63,888 nt of DNA, filler included, from Octopus bimaculoides (GCF_001194135.2; 4 parts of 4 records of this genome joined end to end with filler, not necessarily neighbours in it); one strand, 5' to 3'. Numbered from the whole stretch's first letter, positions 28,088 through 40,730 are shown. Notes: a model not told the origin generated them from the letters alone. Numbers and translations: made by a program.

Positions 28088-31000
28088 TTTAAGACTGAGA
28101 TTGAAAGGCAGGGGCAAATTATGCTTATCTAATCTATGAAAAAATGAAATATTTTGCATTTTATGCATAGTAATCAGAGGAACCTTCATAATTTTATTGA
28201 AATAGTTGCATATTTTGCCATAAAAGGTAAATGTTTCTTATCGATGTATTTCATTCAGGTTAGGCACTGCCTACCTTTTCTACCCAGGCGACACATCCCT
28301 GATGTACATGCACCAAGCACAGCTGTGTGAAGGCACATACATAGCTGTGTGGTAAGAAGCTTGCTTCTCAACGACATGGTTCTGGGTTCAGTCCCTCTGC
28401 GTGACACCTTGGGAAAGTGTCTCCTACTATAGCCACAGGCCAACAAGAGCCTTGTGAGTGGATTTGGTAGATGGAAACTGAAAGAAGGCTGTTGTATGGA
28501 ACACACACACACACAAAATGAGGTGTTTTTATTGCATTGTTGAATTTGACACAAAATATATTTTTTATAAATATTCACTACCTTTGAAAAACTATATCAT
28601 CATCATCATCATCGTCGTCGTCGTTTAACACCCGCTTTCCATGTTAGCATGGGTTGGACAATTTGACTGAGGACTGGCAAGCCAGCAGGTTGCACCAGGC
28701 TCCAATCTGATCTAGCAGAGTTTCTACAGATGGATGCTCTTCCTAACGCCAACCACTCCAAGAGTGTAGTGGGTGCTTTTACATGCCACCGGCACAAGGG
28801 CCAGTCACATGGTACTGGCAACGGCCACACTCAAAAAGGTGTTTTTTACGTGCCACCTGCACAGGAGCCAGTCCAGCAACAACCTTGCTCGAATGATTTT
28901 CTAACGTGCCACCAGCACAAGTGCTAGAAGGCGACGCTGGTAATGATTCTGCTCAAATGGTGCTATTTATGGGCCACTAGCACAGAAGCCAGNNNNNNNN
29001 NNNNNNNNNNNNNNNNNNNNNNNNNNNNNNNNNNNNNNNNNNNNNNNNNNNNNNNNNNNNNNNNNNNNNNNNNNNNNNNNNNNNNNNNNNNNNNNNNNNN
29101 NNNNNNNNNNNNNNNNNNNNNNNNNNNNNNNNNNNNNNNNNNNNNNNNNNNNNNNNNNNNNNNNNNNNNNNNNNNNNNNNNNNNNNNNNNNNNNNNNNNN
29201 NNNNNNNNNNNNNNNNNNNNNNNNNNNNNNNNNNNNNNNNNNNNNNNNNNNNNNNNNNNNNNNNNNNNNNNNNNNNNNNNNNNNNNNNNNNNNNNNNNNN
29301 NNNNNNNNNNNNNNNNNNNNNNNNNNNNNNNNNNNNNNNNNNNNNNNNNNTGTACTGACATTTCTTATTTCTTTACTACCCACAAGGGGCTAAACATAGA
29401 GGGGACAAACAAGGACAGACAAACGGATTAAGTCGGTTATATCAACCCCAGTGCGTAACTGGTACTTATTTAATCGACCCCGAAAGGATGAAAGGCAAAG
29501 TCGACCTCGGCGGAATTTGAACTCAGAATGTAGCGGCAGGTGAAATACCGCTAAGCATTTCGCCCGGTGTGCTAACGTTTCTGCCAGCTTGCTGCCTTCT
29601 TTTTAAAGGCAAAGTCAATCATGGTGGAATTTGAACCCAGAACGTGAAGACGGACAAAATGTCACTGAGCATTTTGTTCGGCGTGCTAACGGTTCTGCTA
29701 GCTCGCCGCCTTTCTATTTCAGAATATTTTTGCCTTTCTCTTTGAGCATGTACAAGACAAATTTGACTGGGGCAAAATGAGTAAACCACGTTAAGCCAAT
29801 TTTCTGCTTCAGATTTTCAGAAAACAAACTCATATACATCAATATCTATCCCCAGACATCAGAAAGATCAGAAATGCAACAAAAGTTTTAATATCTAGGT
29901 CATGTGATAGAGGAGCAAGGAAAAATGGCACATGATATGATATTAATGAAACTCAACTAAATAAAAAAAAAACTCAACATAGAATATTCTCTATAGCTTC
30001 TTCACGATCTACTGAAGTGCCAACTTCATGATATATTTATTCACCATAAAGTTAGAGAAGAAATTATTGAAATTATGCATTACTTATTTTACCTCAATTT
30101 CGACATCATCTTGTGAAAAGTGAAAATGATCAAATTAGACATTGGTGTGGGAAAAAAATTGACTTGGAATCCAATAGAGATAAAAAAAAATATTGAGTGT
30201 TAAACATAAAAAATTATCCAAGTATTTTATTAGTAACTTCAATTACAATTAGGTGAAAGTTGAGGAGATATTTCTTGGAAAAAAAAAGAAGAGAACCTGT
30301 CACCTAACGATGTTTTGGACACTCTCAACTTCGACAACATCAACTATGTTGACCAATTTTTAATCCTAAAGATGATGTAAAAGTACAAAATAATGATGTA
30401 ATACTCACATGATTTCAAACAGGTAACAAAATAAATAAATAAAATAATGAGAAATCAGAAATTACTCATTTTGCCCCGCTTCCTAGTTCTGCCCCACTCC
30501 CCTATCTTCGAGTGAGTTTTTGTATCCGTGCTTTGTGCCCCCGCCACCGCTTGACAACCAGTGTTGGTTTGTTTACGTCTTCGTAACTTAGCAGTTCGAC
30601 AAAAGATATCGATAGAATAAGTACCAGGCTTAAAAACAAATAGGTACAGGGGTCGATTCATTCCACTAAAAATTCTTCAAGGCGGTGCTGCAGCGTGGTC
30701 GCAGTCTAATGACTGAAACAAGCAAAAGAGTATATATATATATATGTACGTATACATTTATGTGTGCGTGTTTGTGTGTGTTTGTTCCCCCACCACCTTC
30801 GCTTGACAATCGATGCTGGTGTGTTTACGTCCACGTAACTTAGCAATTCGCCAAAAGAGATCCGATAGAATAAGCACCAGGCTTACAAACAATAAGTCCA
30901 GGGGGTTGATTTGTTCGGCTAAAAGGTGGTGCTCCAGTATGGCCGTAGTCAAATGACTGAAACATAAACACACGTTTACACAAAAATTTCTCTCGCTCTA

Positions 31001-31539
31001 TCTGTCTGCTTGTCCAGCTGGCTGCGTGTATGTGTGTGTGTGAGTGTTTGTGTGTGTGTGTGCGTATTTGCGAACTAAACAAATTCAAAATACAGAATCT
31101 CAGATTAGCAAGGAAATTAATTATTGTGTGCGTGTGTGTGTGTGTGTGTGTGTACATACATACATACATACATACATGTGTGTGTGTATGTGTGTTACTA
31201 AATAGATATTCAACAAGTGACTGTATATATACACATACATACATATATGAACACACAATGTATGTGTGTATGCGTATGTATGTATGTGTGTATGCGTATG
31301 TGTGTATGTGTATGTATGTATGTGTGTGTCTGTGTGCATACATGCGTTTCTGTGTATTTACGTAAAACAAACATAACAAAGAAAATTGAAAAAAAAACAA
31401 ACAAAAACAAATGAAAAGTATCCAAAATAAAAAGTGCACAACATACCGTAAATGGAAACTATTTTATGGGTCTATCACTAAAATATTTTCCTGTATAAAA
31501 CATGAAACAAGACAATTGCTCCTAACTCATTTACATACA

Positions 31540-31700
31540 CGAACAAACAAACGGGCGCGCAAACACACATATACACACTCACTTGCCGATTTCCGCCCAC
31601 TGCTCATTTTTTGTTCAATACGGCCAACATTCAAACACGAGAAAGTCACAAAGTTTGTTCTCTTACAACCAAAGTTTTAATTAACTTTTTCGATAGGCCT
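31540..31700. promoter_or_regulatory. Candidate bidirectional promoter with a minus-strand donor site
   Basis: CpG-containing unique stretch (GGGCGCGC, TTTCCGCCC) ~230 bp upstream of the SWAP70-like ATG. The minus strand reads GGCGGAAATCGGCAA|GTGAGT (exon end 31583). Confidence 0.4.
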
Positions 31701-31809
31701 CCTTCCTTCACCATATCAAAGACACACACACATATATATATATACATGTGTGTGTTTATATTTTTAAAAAGATAAAATATATAGCCTATTATAAATGTGT
31801 AATTTGTGA

Positions 31810-31911
31810 ATGCAAGAACTGAAGATGGAAGAACTGGAGAAAGCGGTTTGGCATGCATTCATATTTCTAGCAGATAAACAATCTGGTCTTACACAAAAGT
31901 CAAAACTTAAG
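31810..31911 (+). CDS. SWAP70: SWAP70/DEF6-family protein, first coding exon (34 codons)
   Basis: MQELKMEELEKAVWHAFIFLADKQSGLTQKSKLK followed by AAG|GTGAGT. Resembles human SWAP70 [33 protein letters not shown], with an intron after the equivalent LK. SWAP70 versus DEF6 orthology cannot be resolved from one exon. Confidence 0.85.
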
Positions 31912-32171
31912 GTGAGTTTTAAATCCCATTAAATTTACTTTATGAACTTATATATGTATGTAAATATACACGTACTTTCCTGTTGTTTGTTGAAAATGAC
32001 CTGTTTTACATCCCGTCTATACACTTGTGTTTTGTATTTGAAATGTATCTACATACATGTATGTGTATACCTGTACCTTCAATTGCTAATTCATTACAAA
32101 AAAAAGTGGTTACCACTTGTTAGCATCTACAATTACAGCTCAGAATTAAATACAAGTAACATATCTGTCTA

Positions 32172-32208
<37 letters not shown>

Positions 32209-32909
32209 TATTTGTATATAAATGTTTTCAACTTTCATTGCATATATTGTTTTGCAACTGTAAATGAAAAAAACGTGTGAACAGGCGAACATTTATATGT
32301 ACTTTCAAGAATGCACTTACAAACAGGAAAAAATATTTCAAATTTTCACTTCATATCGCTTATATTCTTTAAGTATTATATTGTTTTTCATATTTCGGTT
32401 CTGAACCGCTGTTGATTTATATGTATGTTTATTTCTATATATACAAGTATTAACGAATAGTTTTCTTTTCTTCTTAATCTTTAGAATGAAAAGAATGTGT
32501 TTATTCATTTTTTAAAGAAAATCTCTTACACTGTTTTACAGCGTTCCACTCTTGTAGAAACTGATTTTCTCTTTCAATTCCACCCTGGGCCCGAACTAGA
32601 TGAGTAAATGAACACCAGCTATTGATTAAGTTTAATTTAATTAAACCGACTGTGGTCATTATTATTCAGCAAAATGTTTCCTTTTTACTTCAAACGAAAA
32701 AGACCCTCTCCCCATGTTTTGTTTAATACATTTTAAAGAAAACAAACCACCTGTCGAGTACCGCATACCAATATTTCTCTTTAATAGCACATCCTATATG
32801 CGACTGGGAATTATATGGAGAAAAGTGTTTGGAAACTTAACTAAACTTTTCTTGGTGGAGATAGAGTATATGTAATATGGGTATACCCCCCCCCTTTTAA
32901 ATTTTTTTT

Positions 32910-33225
32910 GTTTTTTTTTACGGAATCCTATGTTTCAGACCATGGAGAATCCGATTCTGGAAAAAAAATTTTCAAAAATCTCAATTTCAAAATTTCGACC
33001 CCCCCCCCCGGTTTTTATATAGATCCACAGGGTAACCCTAACCCTAACTCAAACCCTAACCCTAAACCTAAACCTAACCCTAACACTAGTTTTGTGAGAT
33101 TTGGCTGTTATTTCTAGCATGTAAATAGCCTGCTTGGTGGGGGGGGGGTAATTGAAATTTTTCAAAATTTTTTTTCAGAATCGGAATCTCCATAGCCTAA
33201 AACGTGGGACTTCCGTAAAAAAAAT
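32910..33225. mobile_element. MITE with ~90-bp TIRs and an internal (CCCTAA)-like array
   Basis: TTACGGAATCCTATGTTTCAGACCATGGAGAATCCGATTCTG is mirrored by CAGAATCGGAATCTCCATAGCCTAAAACGTGGGACTTCCGTAA. Degenerate CCCTAA repeats lie at ~33035-33085. Confidence 0.8.
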
Positions 33226-34042
33226 TAATAAGTGGGGGAAAGGTTCAGATTACATATAGTCCATCTCTACCCTTTTCTTATCGTAAAGTTGTTTATAAAT
33301 GAAATGGTGTGCGTGTGGGGCGTAATTATTTTACTTCTAAGTTTGTTCACGACTTGCCTATATAATGATAATAACGATGGTAATGTTATCGTCGTTAATT
33401 TTTTTGCTATTGATTTTTGTTATTCTTTTATTTTAGGTTTATTTATTTATCTTTTTTACAGTCTGACGATCAGTTATTTGTAGTGACTTCATTGTTGTTT
33501 TGTTGCAGCCGCTTTTGTATAATTTATTAGACTGGTAATTTATAACTATCGTCGTTACTATGTAATATTTGTTTAGCTTAGAGTGTTAATGAACTTAGGT
33601 CGGACTTTATCGAACTTATACATACCTATCAAAAGCAATTCCAAACATGACCGGCTAGACTTTTTTTCATTTATCCCTTAGATATAGTGTATATAGGACT
33701 ACAATGTCTGTATTTTTTCATTTTTTATTTTAAAGACAGTGTAGTTTGTATTAGCTTTGGCAGCTGTGTCTAGCAAGTTGTGACCGTATAGAAGTTCATT
33801 TTTAGTTATTTGTTTTCCGTTGAAACCCGCAGTCAATTTCTATTTTTCTTAGTTCTATCGTTTTTTAAGTTAAAAATTCTTATGGGCGCAGGCGTGGCTT
33901 TATGCGTAACAAACTTGCTTGCCAGCCATCTGGTCCCTTGTTCAGTCCCACTTCTACGACATTTTGGGCAAGTGACTTCTTCTATATCTCGGGCTGATCA
34001 AGCCTTGTGAGTGAATTTTGTAGACGGAAACTAGAAGAAGCC

Positions 34043-34083
<41 letters not shown>

Positions 34084-34170
34084 ACATCATCGTTTGACAA
34101 TAGGTGTTTTGGTTTATCTATTCGTAAATTAGCGGTTCGACAAAAGGAAGCTATAATTCGGTATTGATCT

Positions 34171-34270
34171 NNNNNNNNNNNNNNNNNNNNNNNNNNNNNN
34201 NNNNNNNNNNNNNNTTAATTAATTAANNNNNNNNNNNNNNNNNNNNNNNNNNNNNNNNNNNNNNNNNNNN
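34171..34270. other. Artificial scaffold join
   Basis: 44 N + TTAATTAATTAA + 44 N. Confidence 0.95.
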
Positions 34271-34683
34271 TACATATATATATATATGTATATGTATATA
34301 TATATATGTATATATATATATATACATATATATATATACATATACATATATATATATATGTATCTCTTTTACTCTTTTACTCGTTTCTGTCATTTGACTG
34401 CGGCCATGCTGGAGCATCGCCTTTAGTCGAGAAAATCGACCCCAGGACTTATTCTTTGTAAGCCTAGTACTTATTCTATCGGTCTCTTTTTGCTAAACTG
34501 CTAAGTTACGGGGACGTAAACACACTAGCATCGGTTGTCAAGCAATGGTGGGGGGACAAACACAGTCACACAAACACACATACATATATATACATATATA
34601 CGACGGGCTTCTTTCAGTTTCCGTCTAACCACTGGGCCATTGCACCTCCACATATACATACATCTATACATACATACATACAA

Positions 34684-34718
<35 letters not shown>

Positions 34719-35793
34719 TATATGTATACATATATTTATATATATANNNNNNNNNNNNNNNNNNNNNNNNNNNNNNNNNNNNNNNNNNNNNNNNNNNNNN
34801 NNNNNNNNNNNNNNNNNNNNNNNNNNNNNNNNNNNNNNNNNNNNNNNNNNNNNNNNNNNNNNNNNNNNNNNNNNNNNNNNNNNNNNNNNNNNNNNNNNNN
34901 NNNNNNNNNNNNNNNNNNNNNNNNNNNNNNNNNNNNNNNNNNNNNNNNNNNNNNNNNNNNNNNNNNNNNNNNNNNNNNNNNNNNNNNNNNNNNNNNNNNN
35001 NNNNNNNNNNNNNNNNNNNNNNNNNNNNNNNNNNNNNNNNNNNNNNNNNNNNNNNNNNNNNNNNNNNNNNNNNNNNNNNNNNNNNNNNNNNNNNNNNNNN
35101 NNNNNNNNNNNNNNNNNNNNNNNNNNNNNNNNNNNNNNNNNNNNNNNNNNNNNNNNNNNNNNNNNNNNNNNNNNNNNNNNNNNNNNNNNNNNNNNNNNNN
35201 NNNNNNNNNNNNNNNNNNNNNNNNNNNNNNNNNNNNNNNNNNNNNNNNNNTATATATATATATATGACTGTCTATATGTCACTCCTAACGCCAACCACTC
35301 TGAGAGTGTAGTGGGTGCTTTTTACATGCCACCAGTACAGGGGCCAGAGGAGCAGTACATATATATATATACACATATATATGTATATATGTATTTATAT
35401 GTATGAATATATGTATGTATATATACATATATATATGATGGGCTTCCTTCAGTTTTCATCTAATAAATCCACTTGCAAAGCTTTAGTTGACTAGTGGCTA
35501 TAGTAGAAGACACTTGTCCATGGTGTCACACAGTGAGATTGAATCAAGAACCATGTGGGAAGCAAACTCCTTACCAAGCAGCTACACCTGCACCTCTATA
35601 AAAAGTTGAAGGCTGCCCATAGGACTCGATCTCATATCTCCTATAGAAATGACAGATGTTATACCATCGTACCAAAGTGGTTTGCTCATTCAAAGCCAAC
35701 CTGGACTAAGTAACAATAACAATAATAATAACAAAAATAAAATAAGAACAATGATGATGACACAATAGCACAGATAAGAAATTGATGTCTTAC

Positions 35794-35936
35794 CAATACT
35801 CCAGATATATGAGTACATTGAAGACTTTATCTCAGGTGTATCAAAGTCTAGATTGCAATATGACACAGCCAGCCGGGATGGCCCATCTGGATACCAGGTA
35901 ACAGAGGATGCTGTACGGTTGCGGTCATTTGGATCT
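35794..35936 (-). CDS. DNAI2: DNAI2 fourth coding exon (143 bp), start of WD40 region
   Basis: (R)DPNDRNRTASSVTWYPDGPSRLAVSYCNLDFDTPEIKSSMYSYIWSI, versus human [31 protein letters not shown]...SYIWDL. Acceptor CTCCTTTTCAG, donor TTG|GTAAGA, phase 2/1, joining in frame with the previous exon. Confidence 0.95.
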
Positions 35937-35999
35937 CTGAAAAGGAGAGAAAGATATAAAATATTTAGAGAACTTTTCCTTCATTGGACACTAAACTCC

Positions 36000-36544
36000 G
36001 CTTGCGAAGACCTGTTGTGGCAAGTGAAATCAAAATCGAAATCGAACTAAATTCGACGACTGGCACCCATGCCAACATCACTTTCATTGGACACTAAACT
36101 CGGTTTGCGAAGACCTGTTGGGGCAAGCGAAAGCAAAATCGTGATGGCACCTGTACCAGTGAAGTGCAAAGAGCACCGTCCGAGCGTGATCATTGCCAGA
36201 GCAGCTGTCTGGCTTCCATGCCGGTGGCACGTAAATAACACCATTTGAGCGTGATCGTTACCAGCGTCGCCTTCCTGGCACTTGTGCTGGTAGCACGTGT
36301 AAAGACATTCAAGCGAGATCGTTGCCAGTGCAACTGGACTGGCTCCTGTGCAGGTGACACATAAAATACACCATTTTTAGTGTGGTCGTTGCCAGTACCG
36401 CCTGACTGGCCTCTGTGCCGGTGGCATGTAAAAGCACCCATTACACTCTTGGAGTGATTGGCATTAGGAAGGGCATCCAGCTGGTTCACCAGTCCTCATT
36501 CAAATCGTCCAACCCATGCTAGCATGGAAACCAGACGTTAAACG

Positions 36545-36589
<45 letters not shown>

Positions 36590-36590
36590 T
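36000..36590 (+). mobile_element. Non-autonomous retroposon with internal ~50-bp subrepeats and (GAT)n tail
   Basis: GGTGGCACGTAAAAAGCACC subrepeats, GGAAGGGCATCCAGCTG, then CATGGAAA..GACGTTAAAC(GAT)n. Related copies lie at 23624-23978 (+), 24795-25030 (-) and 28605-28992 (-). Confidence 0.7.
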
Positions 36591-37550
36591 GGCCTTTGCT
36601 TCAATTAATTTTTAAAATAACAAAGAATATAGTAGAATAATTGTGTCATTAATATGTTAGTGTCTGGAACAAAATTAAGATGAAACTTTAATGAAAGGTT
36701 TTAATTTAGATCACTATAACAGGAAATTAGTATGGTGGAACCAGGAGTGGTCTGAAGCAGGTGGGTATCAAAAGGATTAAAAAGGGTTGACTAAGTCCAT
36801 GATCATCAATTCTCAATAAGTCTATTGCAGCACACTGTTATGTCACAAGCAGTATCTAGGTGTGCCATAATTTTGTTAAATATTATTTAAACCAATAAAA
36901 AAAATTGACACTAGTGCTTAAGTGTCTCAACAAATAAGTTATTCTTAATTTTGATATAGAAGCAGAAGTGGTTGTGTGGTTAGGAAGCTTGCTTCCCAAC
37001 CACATGGTCTTGGGTTCAGTCCCACTGTATGGCACCTTGGGCTAATGTCTCCTACTATAGCCTTGGACTGATCAAAACCTCATGTGTGGATGTAGTAGCT
37101 GGGAACTGAAAAAAATCCTTTATACATATATATATATATAACTGCAACTCCATCAGTTACAACAACATGGTTTCCAGTTGATCTGATCAATGGAACAGCC
37201 AGCTCATGAAATTAACATGAAATTAACATGCAAGTGACTGAGTACTCCACAGACACACATACCCTTAACATAGTTCTCAGGGAGATTCAGCGTGACAGAG
37301 AATGTGACAAAGCTGGCCCTTTAAAATACAGATACTACTCATTTTTGCCAGCTGAGTGAACTGGAGTAACATGAAATAAAGTGCTTTGCTCAAAGACACA
37401 GCACGCTGCCAGATATTGAACTCACGGCCTTACAATTATGATCCGAATACTCTAACCACTCAGCCACGCACCTCCAAAACAAATTTCACTGCAGTAGTTA
37501 CCATGAGAAAATTTCTCATATTGGCTTTTGGTACAAAATACATGCTTGTT

Positions 37551-37694
37551 TATATTGCTAACGGGGAGATAAATCCCTGCCATCTCCAGTACTGAGACCA
37601 CCAGATCATGTGATTTCAACCTTTCTTGATTTTGTCAATGGTGGACATTCAACTGCTAGAGATATCAGCAACTCATCTCCCCACCAGCAATATA
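37551..37694 (-). ncRNA. Candidate structured intronic hairpin RNA, copy 1
   Basis: The 24-bp outer stem (37551-37574 with 37671-37694) is fully paired on the minus strand (19 WC + 5 G.U). An inner stem pairs 37581-37589 with 37656-37664. Confidence 0.4.
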
Positions 37695-37907
37695 TAGAAT
37701 AATTACCTGAACAGGTGCTGGTTCCATGATTAGCCAGTGAGTTAGTTAAAAAATATACGTTAGCAGCAAAGGTAGTATTAATATCAGGAGGAAATATTTA
37801 TCCCCACTTAAACATGGATGTTCTGTTAGAACAAACTTTACAGATACCATGTAGATACCATGAGAGAAATGCTCATATCAGCTTTTGGTGCAAAAGGCAT
37901 GCCTGTT

Positions 37908-38051
37908 TATATCACTAGCAGGGAGATAAATCCCTTCCACCTCCAGCACCAACACCACCAGATCACATGATTTCAACCTTCCTTGGTTTTATCAATGATG
38001 GATGTTTGACCGCTAGAGATAGCAGCAATTCATTTCCCTGCCAGTGATATA
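37908..38051 (-). ncRNA. Candidate structured intronic hairpin RNA, copy 2
   Basis: The 24-bp outer stem (37908-37931 with 38028-38051) has 21 WC, 2 G.U and 1 A.C. A 12-bp inner stem (37937-37948 with 38011-38022) has 4 G.U. Confidence 0.4.
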
Positions 38052-38343
38052 TAGGAAATCAGTACCAGAACAGGTGGTGGTGTCACAATTAGCCAGTTAG
38101 TATGTTGAAAAATATTTATTAGCAACAGAGGAAGTATTAATACTAAGAGGGAATATCTATCCCTGCTTATACATGGATGGGAATGATGAAGAAAGAGAAG
38201 TAAGAGAAGAGCAAGTGGGTTTAGATATGTGATATCTGATACTAATTAAAGCAAAGATCACAAGGTTAGGGTAGCCAAGTAGCTTACATCAAAGTCACCA
38301 ACAAAAGAAAGAAACTAATTCAATGAAGCAAGCAAATATTTAC

Positions 38344-38462
38344 CTGAAAAGATTGACTGTTTTGGCAGATGGTGCTTCATCAGTGTCATGAATATCAACA
38401 TCTTTAAAATATTCTTCATAAATGTCAATAGCATTGTTCTGTTTGATACAGTGTTCCATAAC
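38344..38462 (-). CDS. DNAI2: DNAI2 third coding exon (119 bp)
   Basis: [39 protein letters not shown](R), versus human [19 protein letters not shown]...PSAKTINVFR. Acceptor TTGCTAG, donor CAG|GTAAAT, phase 0/2. This exon is absent from the supplied ORF track. Confidence 0.96.
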
Positions 38463-39478
38463 CTAGCAACAGGATGGTACAAGAAACATATCTGTATTTG
38501 TTCATTTCATGAGAATATTATAATGTGAAGAGGTGATTCCTCCCACTTCCTACACGATTACTTCTCTTGTCTGTCAACATCACACTGAGTTATCATTCAC
38601 ATTACTCTACCAGCCAAAACACAACTTGTCAAAGACTATATAAATCTAGAAAGAACAAAGTAAATCTCAGTCTCATAAAGGCAAGTAAACCAAAAATTTT
38701 GAAGTCACTGTCAACCTTTTCATTGTAAAAGTTAATAAATGTGTACTCTATTAAACTAAAAAGTATTGAGTAATCATACAGTTTGGTGTTGAAATATTTT
38801 TGTTTATATCATAAAAACACAAACACATATATACATATGTGTATATGTCAAGTAAGTTTTATCTTAATAATTTTGATGCACACTCTATACAATCTTTTTA
38901 CTCTTTTTCTCTCTCTTATTCTTTTACCTCCTCTTCTCCCACTATTCTATCCTATTACTCTGTAACTCTCTCTCCCTCACTCCTCCTTCCTTGCTCACAT
39001 GGCTCCCACGTCACCATCGGCCATCTTTCTTTCTTTCTCTCCATTGTAGCTGGAAAAAGGAAGATGTGTTCTTGTTTGTCTCCTGTCCTAGCTTGATTTA
39101 CACATTTGCCACCACAACCTCATTTAGGCTTAGCAGCCCTTCCTGTTTGTTTTCACTGACCTGTTTGCGTTACCAATTTTGACCCTCTGCAAAGTCCCAA
39201 ATTTTATTTAATTTGCTTTGCAGGAGCAACTGTCTTATCGAAAGCGTATATTGTTGATAAATTCTTGAAATATGAGACTAAAAAAGCAGCCAACTTATAA
39301 AATCTCTTTAGTCTGAATATCTTTAACTGCTCTCCCTATGTCCATACCTATTACCCCCTCTTTTCGGGTTACCTTTATTTTTTCCCTATCTGAAATTTTA
39401 ATCCCCTGTCTCTTTAAATGTATTTCTTATTATTTTCTATAAATTCTTATTATTTTGTTTTCTTATTTAGATATCCTT

Positions 39479-39775
39479 ACCTATTAACCTCTCACTCTTA
39501 TAAATTGTTTCCTTTCCTGTTCTTAAAAAGATATTTTTCAGTTACTTAAGTCTATGCGAGATGGTTATACTATATCCATATAAACATATAAATATTTGTG
39601 CATGTGTATATATGCATATATGCGTACAACCTATTAACCTCTTATCCGTTATAATTGTATTCTTCTTGTTCTTAAATAGATATTTTTCAGTTACATAAGT
39701 CTATGTGAGGTGGTTATATTATATCCATATAAACATATAAATATTTGTGTGTGTATATGTGCATGTGTGCACATA
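39479..39775. repeat. Tandem duplication, unit ~149 bp
   Basis: ACCTATTAACCTCT...GATATTTTTCAGTTAC.TAAGTCTATG...CATATAAATATTTGTG occurs twice in direct orientation. Confidence 0.85.
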
Positions 39776-39954
39776 TAAATGTGTGTGTGTATCTGTATAC
39801 ATCTTTTTTTTTTTTTTCTGATTCATAGCTTAAAATTAATATATAGATAGCATGTTTATCTTTCCAGTTATTCCATAAGTAAATGCCCTGAGCAACAACA
39901 TGAATTTCTTCCAGCTTCTTGCTCTGTTAAAATATTTGAGAAAAACTATATTAA

Positions 39955-40174
39955 CCCTTTCATTACCGTATTTATTTTAAGATGCTCTGTGTTTCTTTCA
40001 ATTACTTTAAATATAACAAAGAATTTAGTAAAATAACTTAGTTATCATTCAGCTAGTGTTAGGAACATAAATTGTGACTAAGGTTTGGTGGAAGATTTTA
40101 ATTCAAAACTTTTGAAAACAGGACATTTGTACTGAGAACCAGAGCCAGTTTCAGCCGGGTTGGTAATGAAAGGG
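39955..40174. mobile_element. piggyBac-type MITE
   Basis: Perfect 13-bp TIR CCCTTTCATTACC with TTAA on both sides. Confidence 0.92.
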
Positions 40175-40359
40175 TTAATGTGTCCAACTGGTTAAAATTC
40201 TATTTATTTATTTGTGCAGCTGAAGATAGCATGGCATTTAAATTGATGTAATGATTGCATTGTTCAATTAAATGGAGACACTTGAAACTGTCATACTGCA
40301 TTACTACTTGATATCCTGTTGGTTATTTTGATTTTATATATAAATATATATATTCTTTT

Positions 40360-40730
40360 TTTCATTTACTTGTGGCCATTCTGGAGCACCACCTTGAAGG
40401 GTTATAGTCGAAGAAATTGACACCAGGACTTATTCTTTGAAAGCCTAGTACTTATTCTATCAGTTCCTTTTGCCAAACCATTAAGTTACAAGGACATAAA
40501 CACACCAGCATCAGTTGTCAAGTGATGGTAGGGGAACAAACACAGACACACGCCCACAAACACATATATAAATATATATATGACGGGCTTCTTTCATTTC
40601 CGTCTAGCTAATCCACTTTCAGTTTCCATCTACCAATTCAGTATACCAAATCACAAGGCTTTGGTCAGCTCAAGATGCCATTCAGTGGGACTGAACCTGG
40701 AACCATGTGGTTCAGAAGCAAGCTTCTCAC
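40360..40730 (-). mobile_element. Family-A SINE in a DNAI2 intron
   Basis: GAAGAAATTGACACCAGGACTTATTCTTTG...GGGACTGAACCTGGAACCATGTGG matches family A reversed. Confidence 0.8.

Larger units (their letters stand above)
37497..38180. repeat. Diverged tandem duplication, unit ~357 bp
   Basis: CCATGAGAAAATTTCTCATATTGGCTTTTGG... at ~37500 recurs as CCATGAGAGAAATGCTCATATCAGCTTTTGG... at ~37858, collinear to ...ACATGGATG. Confidence 0.9.
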
